Part shown: piece after piece, positions 12,101-23,592 of the stretch
Numbering within the stretch: the stretch's first letter is position 1
Layout of the letters: every line of letters starts with the position of its first letter
Assembly: GCA_051942245.1 (NCBI GenBank)
Contig: JAVECL010000030.1
Location: 1-64,000 of the forward strand
Source of the DNA: Trypethelium eluteriae
Lineage: Eukaryota
DNA length: 64,000 nt
Direction of reading: 5' to 3'
Translations under genes and position numbers: made by a program
The notes under the pieces: model-generated
Database searches by the model: none
Told to the model about the DNA's origin: nothing
The model's input: only the letters and a program-made list of their open reading frames with translations

Positions 12101-15100
12101 GAAAATATGCATTGGGCGTGAACCAGAATCCATCAGCGATGACTTTGACAATGGCTTCAACGGTGAAGAGGGCCGCGAATCCCATGTCTGAGAATACGAA
12201 CCAGTTCTTGACGGTGAAGCCATGGGTCTGAAAGTACTGCCTCTGATAGAGCGGAGTGGTTACACAAGCAAGTACAACCATGGCTACGATGGCAGCATAG
12301 ATGAAGGCAGAAAAGGCATACCACAGCGGGATTGAGGGATCTACACCTTCGATTCGCTCTCCCCGTCCGGGTCCGACGAGACGCTGGCAAGCCTTTCGAA
12401 TCCGATTATCCGGTCCAAAGAGGTACAAAGACACATTGTAACTTTTGTGTTTGCGAAGATAATCTCTCTGCGCACGCTTTCGAAGTTCGGATGCCGTCAC
12501 AACCTCCTTAACCATTTGACGTGTGTCCAAATCCTCGTATGCTCGAGAGAGTTGCAATCGGGAATAGAAAGGGTTAGGTTCAGTGTCTTTGAAATACCCG
12601 ACAACAGATCTGAATATGGAATTCAGCGGTCCGGTATTCACGGTTTTCGAAGTTTTCCCGCCTGGTGAGCCTGTGCCATCAGCATCATCTGGACTTGGAG
12701 AGCTGCTTCGCTCGTCGTCGAGGAAATCCCTGACAACAGCATCTTTCAAGAGCATCTCTGTTGCCGCCGAACCAAAGTCCAGAGGATCCTGACGCCTAAA
12801 CTGGCCAAACTTAAAGATCGATGAGAGAGAAAGGTTACTGATCATGTCAGTTCCATTTCAGCTAGTAATGCATTTCCAACTCACCCGTGCGAAGAACCAC
12901 CCAGCTCTTTATGCTGCAGGAAAGCTCTGACCTGCTGCATGCGTTTTTCATCTTCGGACACGTCAAAGTTCTCCTGTATGACAGCGATGAACATATTGAG
13001 CACAATGACTTTGCTGTGGTTAGTAATGACAAACTTTGATGTAACGAGGATAGCAACATACAATTAGCAAGGATGAACCACAAAATGAAGAAGGCTGCAG
13101 CCATCCAAGCGGTCTTGAACATGTATTCGTAACTCGTTGCATTATACAGAATCGTCGTCCAGTTTTCGGTGGATAAGACTTGATACATTCCAAGAAACGA
13201 ATTGTAGATCGTAGCGAACGTGATGTGAATGGTATTGCCCTGAGAATCCTGGGAAGGGATCTGGTTGCGGAACATTTGCACTGCAAATATAGAAGCCAGA
13301 AAGGTGAGTAGGAACACGAAGAGAATTAGGTTAAGAAGACCAGAGACATGGCGGAGAACGACGAGCTAGATGATAATTTAGCAACCAGTCAATTTAGCCA
13401 AGATTTCTGGACTTACAATGAGCTCCCGTGTGAGAGGTACAGCCAGGACCACACGGTAAATTCGTAGAATTTGAAACAGCGTGAGCCAGGCATATGGCTG
13501 GCCCGAATTGTGTATCTCCGGGATCTGGATGATGGTGGTGATTATTGCAAGGAAAAAGTCAACCACGTTGCGCGGCTTATAGAAGAAGTTCCGCCAGTCC
13601 ACGGCCAGACGAATCATGATTTCAAACAAGAGTATAATGGTAACAACCGTTTCGGAGACATCAACAAATTGTTGGTGGCCATGGCTCATATTGGCAGTTC
13701 GAAGACACTGACATACTAAGCCGTATACGATGACAGCGATCCAGAACGAAGTGGACTTCTTGTAGAGTTTCTGCAGCGGCCTGGGTTTCTTAAAGGGATG
13801 ATCCTCAGGCTCCAGAATATCATTCCGCTCTTCAGCAGTAAAGGCACTGGTCTTGCTTTCTTCTCGGATGACCTGGAACGAGGATGTGATGACAGCGATC
13901 AACAAGTTGATGAGCCACAGACTCATGATGACAATGCCGAATGCAAAGAAGAGCGAAGCAGCAAGGTAATCGGATTGCGTCAGGTAGTACAGAAGGTCAC
14001 TAAACGTATTGGACGACATGATGACGAAAACGAGCTCCAAAGATTGAAAGATATTGTCGAAGCTGACCGTGCCATTGTACGGGTTCCCGCCCTCGATACA
14101 CTTGGATCCAGCTGGACAAAAATAACCTTTGGGGGAGGTGGTGCCTGGGCTGCCATCTGCGGTGATCCAGGGGTGTGGAATGTTGGAGTTGTCAAGCCAG
14201 CCACCGCAGAACTGAAATTGACCGGTCTGATTCTGTGTGAAGTTGGATTGGTTGCTGTCATCTGGAGCTATCCAGACACAAGTACGCCGAAGGCTCGACT
14301 TGAAGCTTTGTACACCGACAATTGCGAATAACAGCCAGAAGAAGCTGATCAGGAACGCAACATTGAGGAGCGTAGGTGCCGCTCTTTTCAAACTCCGCAG
14401 GATTACCGACGTACCACTTGTCAAGCCTAGTAGTCTCAAGATCCGTAGGCATGCGAGCATCCGGAAGAGGTAGAAATGGTCCTTCCATTCCAGCATAAAG
14501 ATATCCAGTATGAAGGAGGTCCAGAAGGAGCAGACGGCCAAAAAATCTAGTCGATTGAACGAGTGCCGCATGAAAGCACGGTGGGCAAGTCGAAAACGTT
14601 GTTGCTGCCGGTGATCTCTTGGCTGGTCGGGAGAGATAGAGGGGCCAGACGTGAATTTTCGGATGATCGACTGCTGGACTTCATCAGATCGGGGTGCATC
14701 GTGTCTGAACGAGGGTTTACGCTGCAGAGTGAAGAGGTTTTGGGCTTTGTCGAACAAGGCCTGTCGAAGACCGATCTCGCGATTGATGGTACTGTATTCG
14801 GTCGGATTCAGAATGAAGCCCGATACTATGATTCGAACAATAAGTTCGACAGTATAGATAGAAAACAGTATCAGCAGGCAGAAATCTATCCATCGACCTC
14901 CCCAGCGATAAGGAACATCTGCGATGGTTTTGGCCGAATCCACTGCCAGAAGGATTGTTTGGATGACGATCAGCACCAGGATGAAAGGTTCTGTAAGCGG
15001 ATGCACCAAGAGATCAAAGAGCCTCAATCTAACAGGACTGTCGGGTGGAAAGACACCAAGAGATCTTCCTCGAAGAGGGTTTTCCTCGAGCTGGGGTCTC

Positions 15101-16119
15101 TGCGGCTCTTCGTGGGCAATGATTGGGGTGTGATTTGGCGATGGCTGTTTCTCATTTGAAGTTGAATGCGGGCGGCTGGCAGTACCATCCATGAGATTAT
15201 CGAAAGACGGATCGCTATTCCGTTCGTGTTCAGGACGATTCACAGAGGACTTTCGTCGGATATGATGTTGAACAACTTCTGGCTCGTTGCTGAGATTGAC
15301 GACACGCTGTGACATCTTCCGAACCATTGTACCAGCCCTTTGCAGAGGCGTTTCGACTGTTGAAGGTGATAAAGACCGCTTCCGAGAGTCAGAGGACCTT
15401 GGCATACTGGGTGTCCCGAAACCGGCTTCCACCTGGCGCAAATCATCTCCGAGACGTGACCCAGGAGAATTTCCTCCAGGAGTGAGAAAGCGTATGCTCT
15501 GAAAACTATTTCTATCATGCCGCTGTCCGCTGGGAGTAGACGAGTCTGTGCCGCTAATGGGCTGCAAATTTCGACTATCCGTTAGTGGTGTCGTATCTCC
15601 GTAGTCTGGGGACAATGGATCTTGATGCTCATCATGCGCTGGCGGTGTATCTTGGCTCGAAGGTGTCCACGTTCTTTCTGGTGTTCGTGGTCGCTCATTT
15701 GATCTCGAACTTTCAGCATGCTCTGATGTTTCACCCTGAAAGCTCAGTCCCGCGAATCCGATCGCATCCTGGAACCCACTCATATCTTCGATTGGAGTGA
15801 AGCCAGCGTCCTCGTCATCATCCTGCAGATGGTGGCCAGTTGCAGAAGTTCTTGTGTAGGCTCCCTGATATTCTGCTCCCCCTCTTGTTGGACTAGCAGA
15901 ACCTTCTGCAATTGGTGCATATCTCCTTCCGAAACCCCTCGTAGCCAATGATGGACTGTGTCTTAGTATGTTCCTCCCTCTTTCCGTGAGACTTCGTGGC
16001 CTGGGTTGAGCATTTTCCTCATCACGCTTCCTCTGATCAGGTGGCCGGTTGAGGGTTTGCAGAGGTATTGCCTGCGGGGTCGAGCGAGCTCTGCCATGTT
16101 CAGGCTCATGGGAGGCCAT
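9186..16119 (-). CDS. CCH1: High-affinity calcium channel subunit Cch1 (4 x 6TM); introns 13366-13416, 13009-13061, 12838-12884, 10410-10460
   Basis: Four channel repeats with S4 segments (FRMLACLRILRLL, FKALRALRLL); pore loops SSNTF/STENW/SQEGW/MGEGW (N-E-E-E filter); EF-hand-like FDPGGSGYIT; canonical GT-AG introns join the ORFs in frame. Confidence 0.96.
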
Positions 16120-16891
16120 GGCGACGCGGCCCCAGCTACCGCCAAAACCTCATCTGTAAAGTCATGTGTACCTGTCAAGATCGAAAGCGAATCCTTGCTC
16201 AAGCTTCGATGGAAGAGGGCGGGTGCAGAAGGGATGATCGTGGTCGTGAAGGGTAATCGATAAAGGGAGAGGATGAGACGTTCCTTGTAAGATGAATGGA
16301 AGTCGTCAAATGAGGCAAAAGTCGAGTCAGTCGAGCAAGCTGTATTAGGGAAGTAGTCAATTGTGACGTAGGCGAGTCTAGGCGAGAGTTCAAAAGGTGT
16401 CTAGCAGGAGGATTGGCGGCGGCGGCGGATGGTGTTGGGTTGAGGTGTCGAGTAGTAAATAGCTATTCTTATCCAGGGACGAGGATCGGACTTGCGCCTC
16501 AAACGCATTTCAGCCCTGAGCCACACGCGTCTCATTAGCTGGCGTATGCAGAAACCGCCGCACTTGAGCAGGGGCACGGCCGGCTCCGAATCTTCAACAC
16601 CACATTCTATAGGCCACCACTTTTCTGTGGGCGAGCCCCTGATCTTGGGTCAACAACGATTATTTCCGTCCAATCTCGATGAGATTGAAGTTCCATCTCA
16701 ACTTTGAGAGTAATCAATACGCATCCAAGGAGAGTGACGCAACTATTTTGTATCCACATCCACCTTTGATGTTGAGTGGAAATCAGACTGTGTACGAATT
16801 TACGTTCACAGAAGGGCTAAATACCTATACTACCTATGAATCCACTTATCTCCGTCGCCTGGCAGATGCCTGAAGGTTGGCACGGTCGGTT

Positions 16892-16969
16892 GGGAAGCTG
16901 TAAGGACAACACCGCCGATCTGGAGGGACAATACCAACTAACCCCTTTTGGCCGTCATCAATGTGCCCT
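16892..16969 (+). repeat. Left terminal inverted repeat
   Basis: Aligns to reverse complement of 25479-25552; contains two copies of a CTG(T/G)A(A/G)GGACAA(C/T)AC motif. Confidence 0.88.
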
Positions 16970-17299
16970 TACATTTTATGTTTTGTTTTATAAATATTTC
17001 AAGTTTTTAATTTTCAATAAATATATAGCTATACGCTAATCTTTGTTTATTCTTATGTCTAATAAGCTCATTATTATAAGAAATATTAACTTTCACTTTT
17101 ATATTTACCAAAAGTACTAGCTTTGAATTTTCAATGGTCGTTGGGTTGGTGCGCATGACATGTGATGATGGGGAGACTGCCTGGACTCTTTTTTTGGTGT
17201 AAGCAGGCCTATTGTAGAGTAAACTAAAGCTGGCCATCTCTTCGCAATCACCTCTATCTTCAACAGTATTTCATAACCTCAACATAACATCATCCTATC

Positions 17300-18616
17300 T
17301 CAACCCATAGCAGGCTGCTCGTTGCCAGCGCTCGGCTGTGGCGTTAACCCCTTCGTTGAATACCCCAAAGGCATTCCCACAAGATACTTCTGCTTACTCG
17401 TTGGATTCCCTTGCGCGTCCGTACCTTGCGCTCCCAAGATCTGGACATCAGCGCTCGCCTGGAAAACCAGTACAATATCGCTTCCTCCAAATTCAAAGTG
17501 ACTGATTTCCTGACCTTTCGTAACTATGTCACCCGGCTTCACCGCAAGCTGAACGGACGAGACCTGGGCCATGCCAATAGGCAAGACGGCGACGTACCCC
17601 AAAAGCTCATTTTCGATGATGATGCAGCCACGGGTCTGCAGCCATTGGTATCCAGCGTCGTCAGGTGCATCCAGAGTCCCGGCGACGCCTTTCTTGGGAT
17701 CGCGGTTCTTCCTGTCCGGGTTGATGTAACTGCGGTGCGGGCGCAATTGACGTGTCACAGGATCCACTGTGACTTGCAGATAAGCCATGGCTTGGAATAC
17801 TTTCGCCTCCACGATCTTGCCAGCGATCGGAGCGTGCTGGCGGTGGTAATCGAAGGTATTGAGGAAAGCGTGCATCCAAATGCCTCCCGTGAAGTAAGGG
17901 GTATATTTTGGGGTGGATTCTTGTAGAAGATCTTTGATGTTCCACTCGATGGATTTGATGTTGACGTTGTCATTAGAGTCAATGGGCCAAGCTCCGTCGA
18001 AGGTGCTGTCGGCCGGGAAAGTGACAAGGCGGTGGTAATTGGGATCTTGCGCGCCGTTGGCGGCGCCGCTGATGGGACGCATGCCTTGTTTTAGCTTGCG
18101 CGAGAACAGCTCATTGAAAGTGGTATAGCCACCAGATGGCAGATCAGCCTCTGCGTAATTGTAAAGTGGCGACGCTTGAAAGGTGGCAATAGAAGCCTTG
18201 GCGAGAGAGTTCGCAGTACTCATCCAGCTACCGACCTCTTTGGCAAAATCAACAATGAACTGGCTAAGCTTGAATAGAGGCTGTCCGATGGAGCTTGAAG
18301 CGATGTCATTCTGATAAGGAGAGGCATTGAGAGGTGCCTGGCCGAAAACAAAGTAGACCAAGCACTGCGCATTATAGATGAGCTTGCCATTTGTGGTTTC
18401 GGTTGGTACCCAGGTAAGAAAGCCGCTCAAAAACCTCAGGAACGCATCACTATCGCCGATACCCCAGTCATCAAATTGAGGAACTTTAGACTGTACGGCA
18501 GTCTCCATCGCAGTGTCCAAGTCGGTGATGTCTCCATTGAAGACCCCTTTGACGAGGTGATCATTGGTCCATTGGGCTACGGTCGTGGGGATCTAGAATG
18601 GTGGAGGGTCAGACAT
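17300..18616 (-). CDS. Phosphatidylserine-decarboxylase-family pyruvoyl enzyme; in-frame TAG at codon 8 (18593-18595), possibly disrupted
   Basis: FNELFSRKLK, DYHRQHAP, PIGMAQVSSV and FEFGGSDIV (GGS self-cleavage motif). ATG at 18616 in CATAATG context is in frame and reads MSDPPPF*IPTTVAQW. Confidence 0.85.
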
Positions 18617-18713
18617 TATGAGTGATCCGGGTATTAGAGCTTCCTGAGTCGATTGTCTTCCAGATTGTATAAGAGGTGGAAATGTATTCGAGATCGATAG
18701 CTCCGGTGTCCCT

Positions 18714-18721
18714 CTTATATA
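18714..18721 (-). promoter_or_regulatory. Candidate TATA box (TATATAAG) for the PSD-like gene
   Basis: About 100 bp upstream of the ATG at 18616 on the minus strand. Confidence 0.45.
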
Positions 18722-19107
18722 GACTGGAACTGTGTTAACGCAGGCTCTGGATAATCACGCGAGTGGAATGAAAAAATACAGCCATAACCTTCAGTTGAAG
18801 ACTTACTTTACCATAATTGCATTTGTAGACTGCATGAGTACGCTCTTGCTGCACAATGGTCACGCGTGGCACAAAGCATGCACCATGACTTTTTGCGACT
18901 ACATTGGTTGCAGCATACGTCACTATCATCCGATCTGACTGATTGAAGAAATGATTCACGCCAACGCATCGATCCGTATCCAGCTCATGTAAGCTGATCC
19001 AATGCTACCGTATGAAATTCCAAACAGCATACGCCAATTGATGTACTCTTTGTCGCGGGAGCTGAGGTCCTCTCTCTGTCTGGACTTGGGCGCAAAACAC
19101 CACCATC

Positions 19108-19320
19108 GCTGCTTGCGTAGCCAGCCATTTCTTGACATGATACCTGCTTGCGTAGCCAGCTATTTCTTGACATGATAGCTGCTTTCGTGGCCAGCCATCT
19201 CTCTTGACTTTATAGCTGCTTATATGGCCAGCTATCTTTAAACATGAGGCCCTGTATGCTAACTTTCCAAGCCAGCGACCTCTCTTGACACTCTCTGAGC
19301 TAGCGACCTCTCTTGATAAC
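19108..19320. repeat. Degenerate ~35-bp tandem array (GCTGCTTGCGTAGCCAGCCATTTCTTGACATGATA), 4 clear plus 2 decayed units
   Basis: Units at 19108, 19143, 19178 and ~19215, then shorter AGCGACCTCTCTTGA copies. Confidence 0.8.
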
Positions 19321-19682
19321 CTATCAATCTTAAACCTTCTACTTATGCACTAACAATTGGGACCTCGGATCTGAGCCTCTTACTGTATGGATCCAACTCT
19401 TAATCTATCCCTTGGATAATCATAATCCTCCTTTACCCTCCCAATAATATATCTTTCAAACTCTGCTAAAGATAAACCACTGGGTCTGCCTTTGGTCTGC
19501 GCCTCTGGGTCTCGCTGGGGCAAGGGGGGTAGGACGTGAGTGGTTGGTTGGATGTAAACTAGACTGCGAAGCTTTAAGTAGCCTTCGCTCAAAACTGCGA
19601 CGTCGTGTAACCATATGACTGTCGCCCAGATAGATTGGTAAAATGAAAGCGATCCTAGGCTGCAATAGAGTAAGGTCAGTGC

Positions 19683-19724
19683 TCGCAGTTCGCAGTTCGC
19701 CGTTCGTCGTTCGCCGTTCGCAGT
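19683..19724. repeat. 7-bp tandem repeat TCG(C/T)(A/C)GT x6
   Basis: tcgcagt tcgcagt tcgccgt tcgtcgt tcgccgt tcgcagt read directly. Confidence 0.85.
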
Positions 19725-20599
19725 TGTTGAACATATCTCTCTAGGTACTATCTAGAGCATCACGTAAAACCTACTTAGCCACAGTACTAAGCTAAGAAGG
19801 ATAGGGCGGTACGCTTGTGGCACCTTATCGCACTCTAGCCGTAGGGAAGATAGAACCCAACATCTCTATCCTCCCAGAATTATCACCGTCGTGTCACGGC
19901 CTAACGCAGATAGAAAGCGAGCGAGAGGTCGCGCTAGGTAAAAATCGGTTAGGCACGTAGCTGGCCGTCGACAAATCGCCCAAAGCTTAATACAGTTACT
20001 GTACACCGACGACGTACACGCACCCCAAGCACCCCCCAAGGCACCTACGGAAACGCTAACACAGTAAGCCACGTCCGGAGGCTATCGACGTCCCCTTTCG
20101 ATAACGTCGAGTAGATAGAGTATCTAATGGCGACACCACGGGGACCTTCACCTTGTCCCGTACATGGGAAACTATTAGCTATAGCCTACATGGAATGTAC
20201 AACCATCGTCACGAAATTGCCACTTCTCTTGGAGTCCTCATCGTCTTCAATCTGTGCTTTCTATTCTGCTTGATACCAATCCTAGATGTGGTTTTAGCGC
20301 TTCAGACAGAATGCAGGTTGCTGAAGCCGTCGAGACGGTCTGGTTCGCGGTCCTAGTGCAAGGCTGAGTTGGGACACAGTGGAAAGGACCTCTACCACCT
20401 TACCATACTTCGAGGCCGACTTGGCAATGCCGGCTATCGCTAGTGCTTCGTATCTGGTGAGTCTGCATGATTTATATCTGAGCATTCGAGTCTTGGAATT
20501 TTACGTCCTAAGCTCCTTTTTCCTCGTCCTCTTTATTTCTATTTCTTTCCTGTTCTCGTAGAGCAACACGCAAAGCTATCAGAGTCAATACTTTCCAAA

Positions 20600-21400
20600 A
20601 TGCCCACTGTGGAGGTCGTCGCAGGCTTTAGTTTGCTCAACCGATGGCTACTTTACACAAGCGTAATGCTCGCACCTGCACAATTCGTTTCAGGACTTGG
20701 TAGCTACTGGCCAACTTCGATTGGCTTTCTAGCGTACAACTACTACACGCAAATCGCTTGGTACCACGCAATCGAACGTCTCGAGTTGCATGCGTTATCA
20801 CTACTAACCCCCAACTTCAACATCATCTACTTGGTCAGCTACCTGGGCGGCATCAGCAGCGGTACCATGTACCTGGAAGCTCCTTTGGGTGTTGGAACTG
20901 CAGGCGTCTTGCTCCTCAATACAGTCAGTGCATGGAAGAGCTGGGCATTATGTATGCCCCAAGGGTATCGCGTCTACGAGTTTTTCTTTTTCGGTTGGCG
21001 CAGACTTACGCCGGGTTGGCATCGTTTCTTTGGGGTTTGGCAAGCTAGTGATTCGTCCCTGACCTTAGCTGCAGCCATTCTCGCTGTGGTGATCCCTCTG
21101 ATTCTCAACAACAACGTGAGCAAGGCAAATGTCCCACGGTGGCTTAGGTGGGTTGTCTACCTGAGTCAGGCAGCGAAGGATGATCGGCTCCCGTGGTGGT
21201 TTACTCACGCCGCGCTCATTCCTGGGGCAGTAGTGATGCTGGTCTACAGCTTCCAGTTGATTCTGTGGACGGAGCTCATCGTACAGCGGAATAACATTGT
21301 CAGCCCGACCGACTGGATTGCTGTGTGGCTGTTCGTCGCGCAGATTGGAGCATGCTTCTTACCGCCATTGATACATTCTTTTCCGCCCTTACGCGAATAA
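20600..21400 (+). CDS. Multi-pass membrane protein of unknown function (266 aa)
   Basis: Good start context (CAAAATG), several hydrophobic Trp-rich segments, intronless. Confidence 0.75.
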   Translation: MPTVEVVAGFSLLNRWLLYTSVMLAPAQFVSGLGSYWPTSIGFLAYNYYTQIAWYHAIERLELHALSLLTPNFNIIYLVSYLGGISSGTMYLEAPLGVGTAGVLLLNTVSAWKSWALCMPQGYRVYEFFFFGWRRLTPGWHRFFGVWQASDSSLTLAAAILAVVIPLILNNNVSKANVPRWLRWVVYLSQAAKDDRLPWWFTHAALIPGAVVMLVYSFQLILWTELIVQRNNIVSPTDWIAVWLFVAQIGACFLPPLIHSFPPLRE

Positions 21401-22419
21401 TGGCAGGCAGACCACCAAAGAGCGCAGGCTTCGCTACACAGCTCAAGTGGTCGCAGGAGCAGGCGGAAAAGGCGCGACAGGCGAAGAGTGGGCCAGTCAG
21501 TGTGGAAGAAGCCCGCTTACAGCAAGAAGCCCGCTTACAGCAAGAGCATAATCAGTTCCTGGTTGCCATGGGACTTGTCTGGAAAAAGCAAGTTTTAGCG
21601 CACCCATATTGGCACACGATGACTCTTGCTCAGAAAGTTGAATATTTGCACCAGTTCCGGAGGGAAAAGTATTCACAAGCGCAGCAGCAGCACCCCTATA
21701 GTCACGGTACATTAGCCTCACAATACCCAGCAGCTATTCAACATTTACCGGCTACAGATGATGTACAAGTTATACAGTGCTCAGCGGTCGCTCATCGGCC
21801 ACCAGCTACTCAGTACCCACCAAGTACTCAGTACCGACCAGCTACACAGCACCCACTGAATATGCAGTACCCATCAGCTGCACAGCACCCAACGGCTACA
21901 CAGCGCCTCCCAGCTACACAGTATCGACCGGTTACACAGTGTCCACCAACCATAGAACGTCCACCAATTACACAGTACCCACCAGCTATACAGCGCCCGC
22001 CAATTATACAGTATCCACCAACTGTAGACCCACCGGCTACACAGTACCCACCGGCTACACAATATCCACCGGCTACACAATATCCACCACCTACGCAGTA
22101 CCTATCAGCTACACAACATCTACCAACTACACAGTACCTACCAGCTACGCGACCACCTTCGTCCCTCCAGTACCAACAAGCGCCTCGTCAATTACAGAGC
22201 ATTCATCGCCCTATCAACGAGAGTAGTAACCGTCAGATGCATTTCACATCAGGCATCGGACATAGCGCTTGGTGCAATGATCCCGAGCAAGAACGAGGCC
22301 CGCATGACACCTACAATAATGCGCAGGCTTGCTATTCCGTACCCAGGGCAACGGCAAACGAATTCAAGCGCGGGCTTAGCGCACGCCCACTTGCACCTGA
22401 TCGGCGAAACTCTTGGTAA
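21400..22419 (+). CDS. Gln/Pro/Tyr-rich protein with ~20 degenerate 6-aa (PPATQY-like, 18-bp) repeats
   Basis: Open frame from ATG 21400 (overlaps the upstream TAA as TAATG); repeats ~21795-22170 stay in frame; duplicated EARLQQ. Possible splice donor GTAAG at 22416. Confidence 0.55.
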   Translation: MAGRPPKSAGFATQLKWSQEQAEKARQAKSGPVSVEEARLQQEARLQQEHNQFLVAMGLVWKKQVLAHPYWHTMTLAQKVEYLHQFRREKYSQAQQQHPYSHGTLASQYPAAIQHLPATDDVQVIQCSAVAHRPPATQYPPSTQYRPATQHPLNMQYPSAAQHPTATQRLPATQYRPVTQCPPTIERPPITQYPPAIQRPPIIQYPPTVDPPATQYPPATQYPPATQYPPPTQYLSATQHLPTTQYLPATRPPSSLQYQQAPRQLQSIHRPINESSNRQMHFTSGIGHSAWCNDPEQERGPHDTYNNAQACYSVPRATANEFKRGLSARPLAPDRRNSW

Positions 22420-23074
22420 GAGATCCAGCTATTTGCGGAACACGGTTCCTCTCGGGATCAAGCGCGTATGCAATAGCGACGGACGTACTTTGCTGTTAGC
22501 CAAGATCGGGCGGTTCGAAAGAGCAACGTTACGCAAACTCCATAGCAAACTCGAGAGAAAAGATGGACCAGAGATTCTCTTCTGCTGCAGAATCGAAGCA
22601 CCTGTGGATTTTCTCGCGACGCAGTGGTTCTCGCCACAAATTTGGAGATGTAATCATCATTAATCATTGTTTCTCAATCAATGAGCATGAAGAAGCAAAG
22701 TCCGGACCTTTGATATAGGTTGTTATGGTTGTCTAGTCAATTGCCCGTCCAGGTAAAGCTGCCTGCTTCTTGATGGTTCTAGAATGCTTTGACAGGTCTT
22801 CGCTAGGATCTAGAGATTCTTGGGTAATCATAGGCGTATCAGCGATCGCAACCTAAGTAGAAGCGCACATTGATCACATATTCTGGCATAACAACTTGAT
22901 GGCGAATATGAAGTAGAGATTCTCATCGCAATGACAGATGGTCTTAAAAACTACCTTGACCATTGGTTAACTTGTAAAGGCGGCAGAGCTTGAGCAGCTT
23001 AAGCATATGTAGGTGTAGATAAAGCCAACGTAAGGCCGGTGGCTTAGATTACCACATTTGCGTTAGCGTAAATA

Positions 23075-23265
23075 CAGTAAATATTCGATATCACGTAATC
23101 TGATATAGCGAAATTATGCGATATTACGGAATTTCACGGTGATTTGAGGGGCATTCTAACCTGAATGGGTATACGCTAAGCCATATTAGTCGATTTGTCA
23201 ACGAATATTCGGTATAACGTACCAAATCTCCAGATCATTTCGTTCGTTATATCGAATATTTACTG
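23075..23265. mobile_element. 191-bp MITE (Tc1/mariner-pogo type) with 21-bp TIRs and TA target duplication
   Basis: TA|CAGTAAATATTCGATATCACG ... CGTTATATCGAATATTTACTG|TA (20/21 match); internal partial TIR copy AATATTCGGTATAACG. Confidence 0.9.
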
Positions 23266-23592
23266 TACAACTGATTTGGGTTACGAACGTGGTCGTTTTT
23301 ATCTTCGAGAACGTAAGGTACAATCTTAGCAAGATCGAAACCCAAACGGATTAGCAGGATCCTTGAGGATACTTGCTCGTTCTATGGTTCTTCCATAATT
23401 ATTCTAGCGTTTGAAGGAAGACTCTTTCGCCAATTGGTCGAACCGAACCTTGCGACAAAAGCGTTCGAGAGCCTATCTACCTATGTCTTGGTTTAGCTCC
23501 GCTGGTCAAACTACCGCATACTCTAGCGTGGCATGCCGAGCTTGGCTGCGGTATTCACAACAAGGATTAGCTAATCATCGCGGAGAGCCAAG

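Noticed and set aside
19108..19320. CRISPR-like array
   Set aside because: Repeats are head-to-tail without unique spacers, eukaryotic context, no cas genes.
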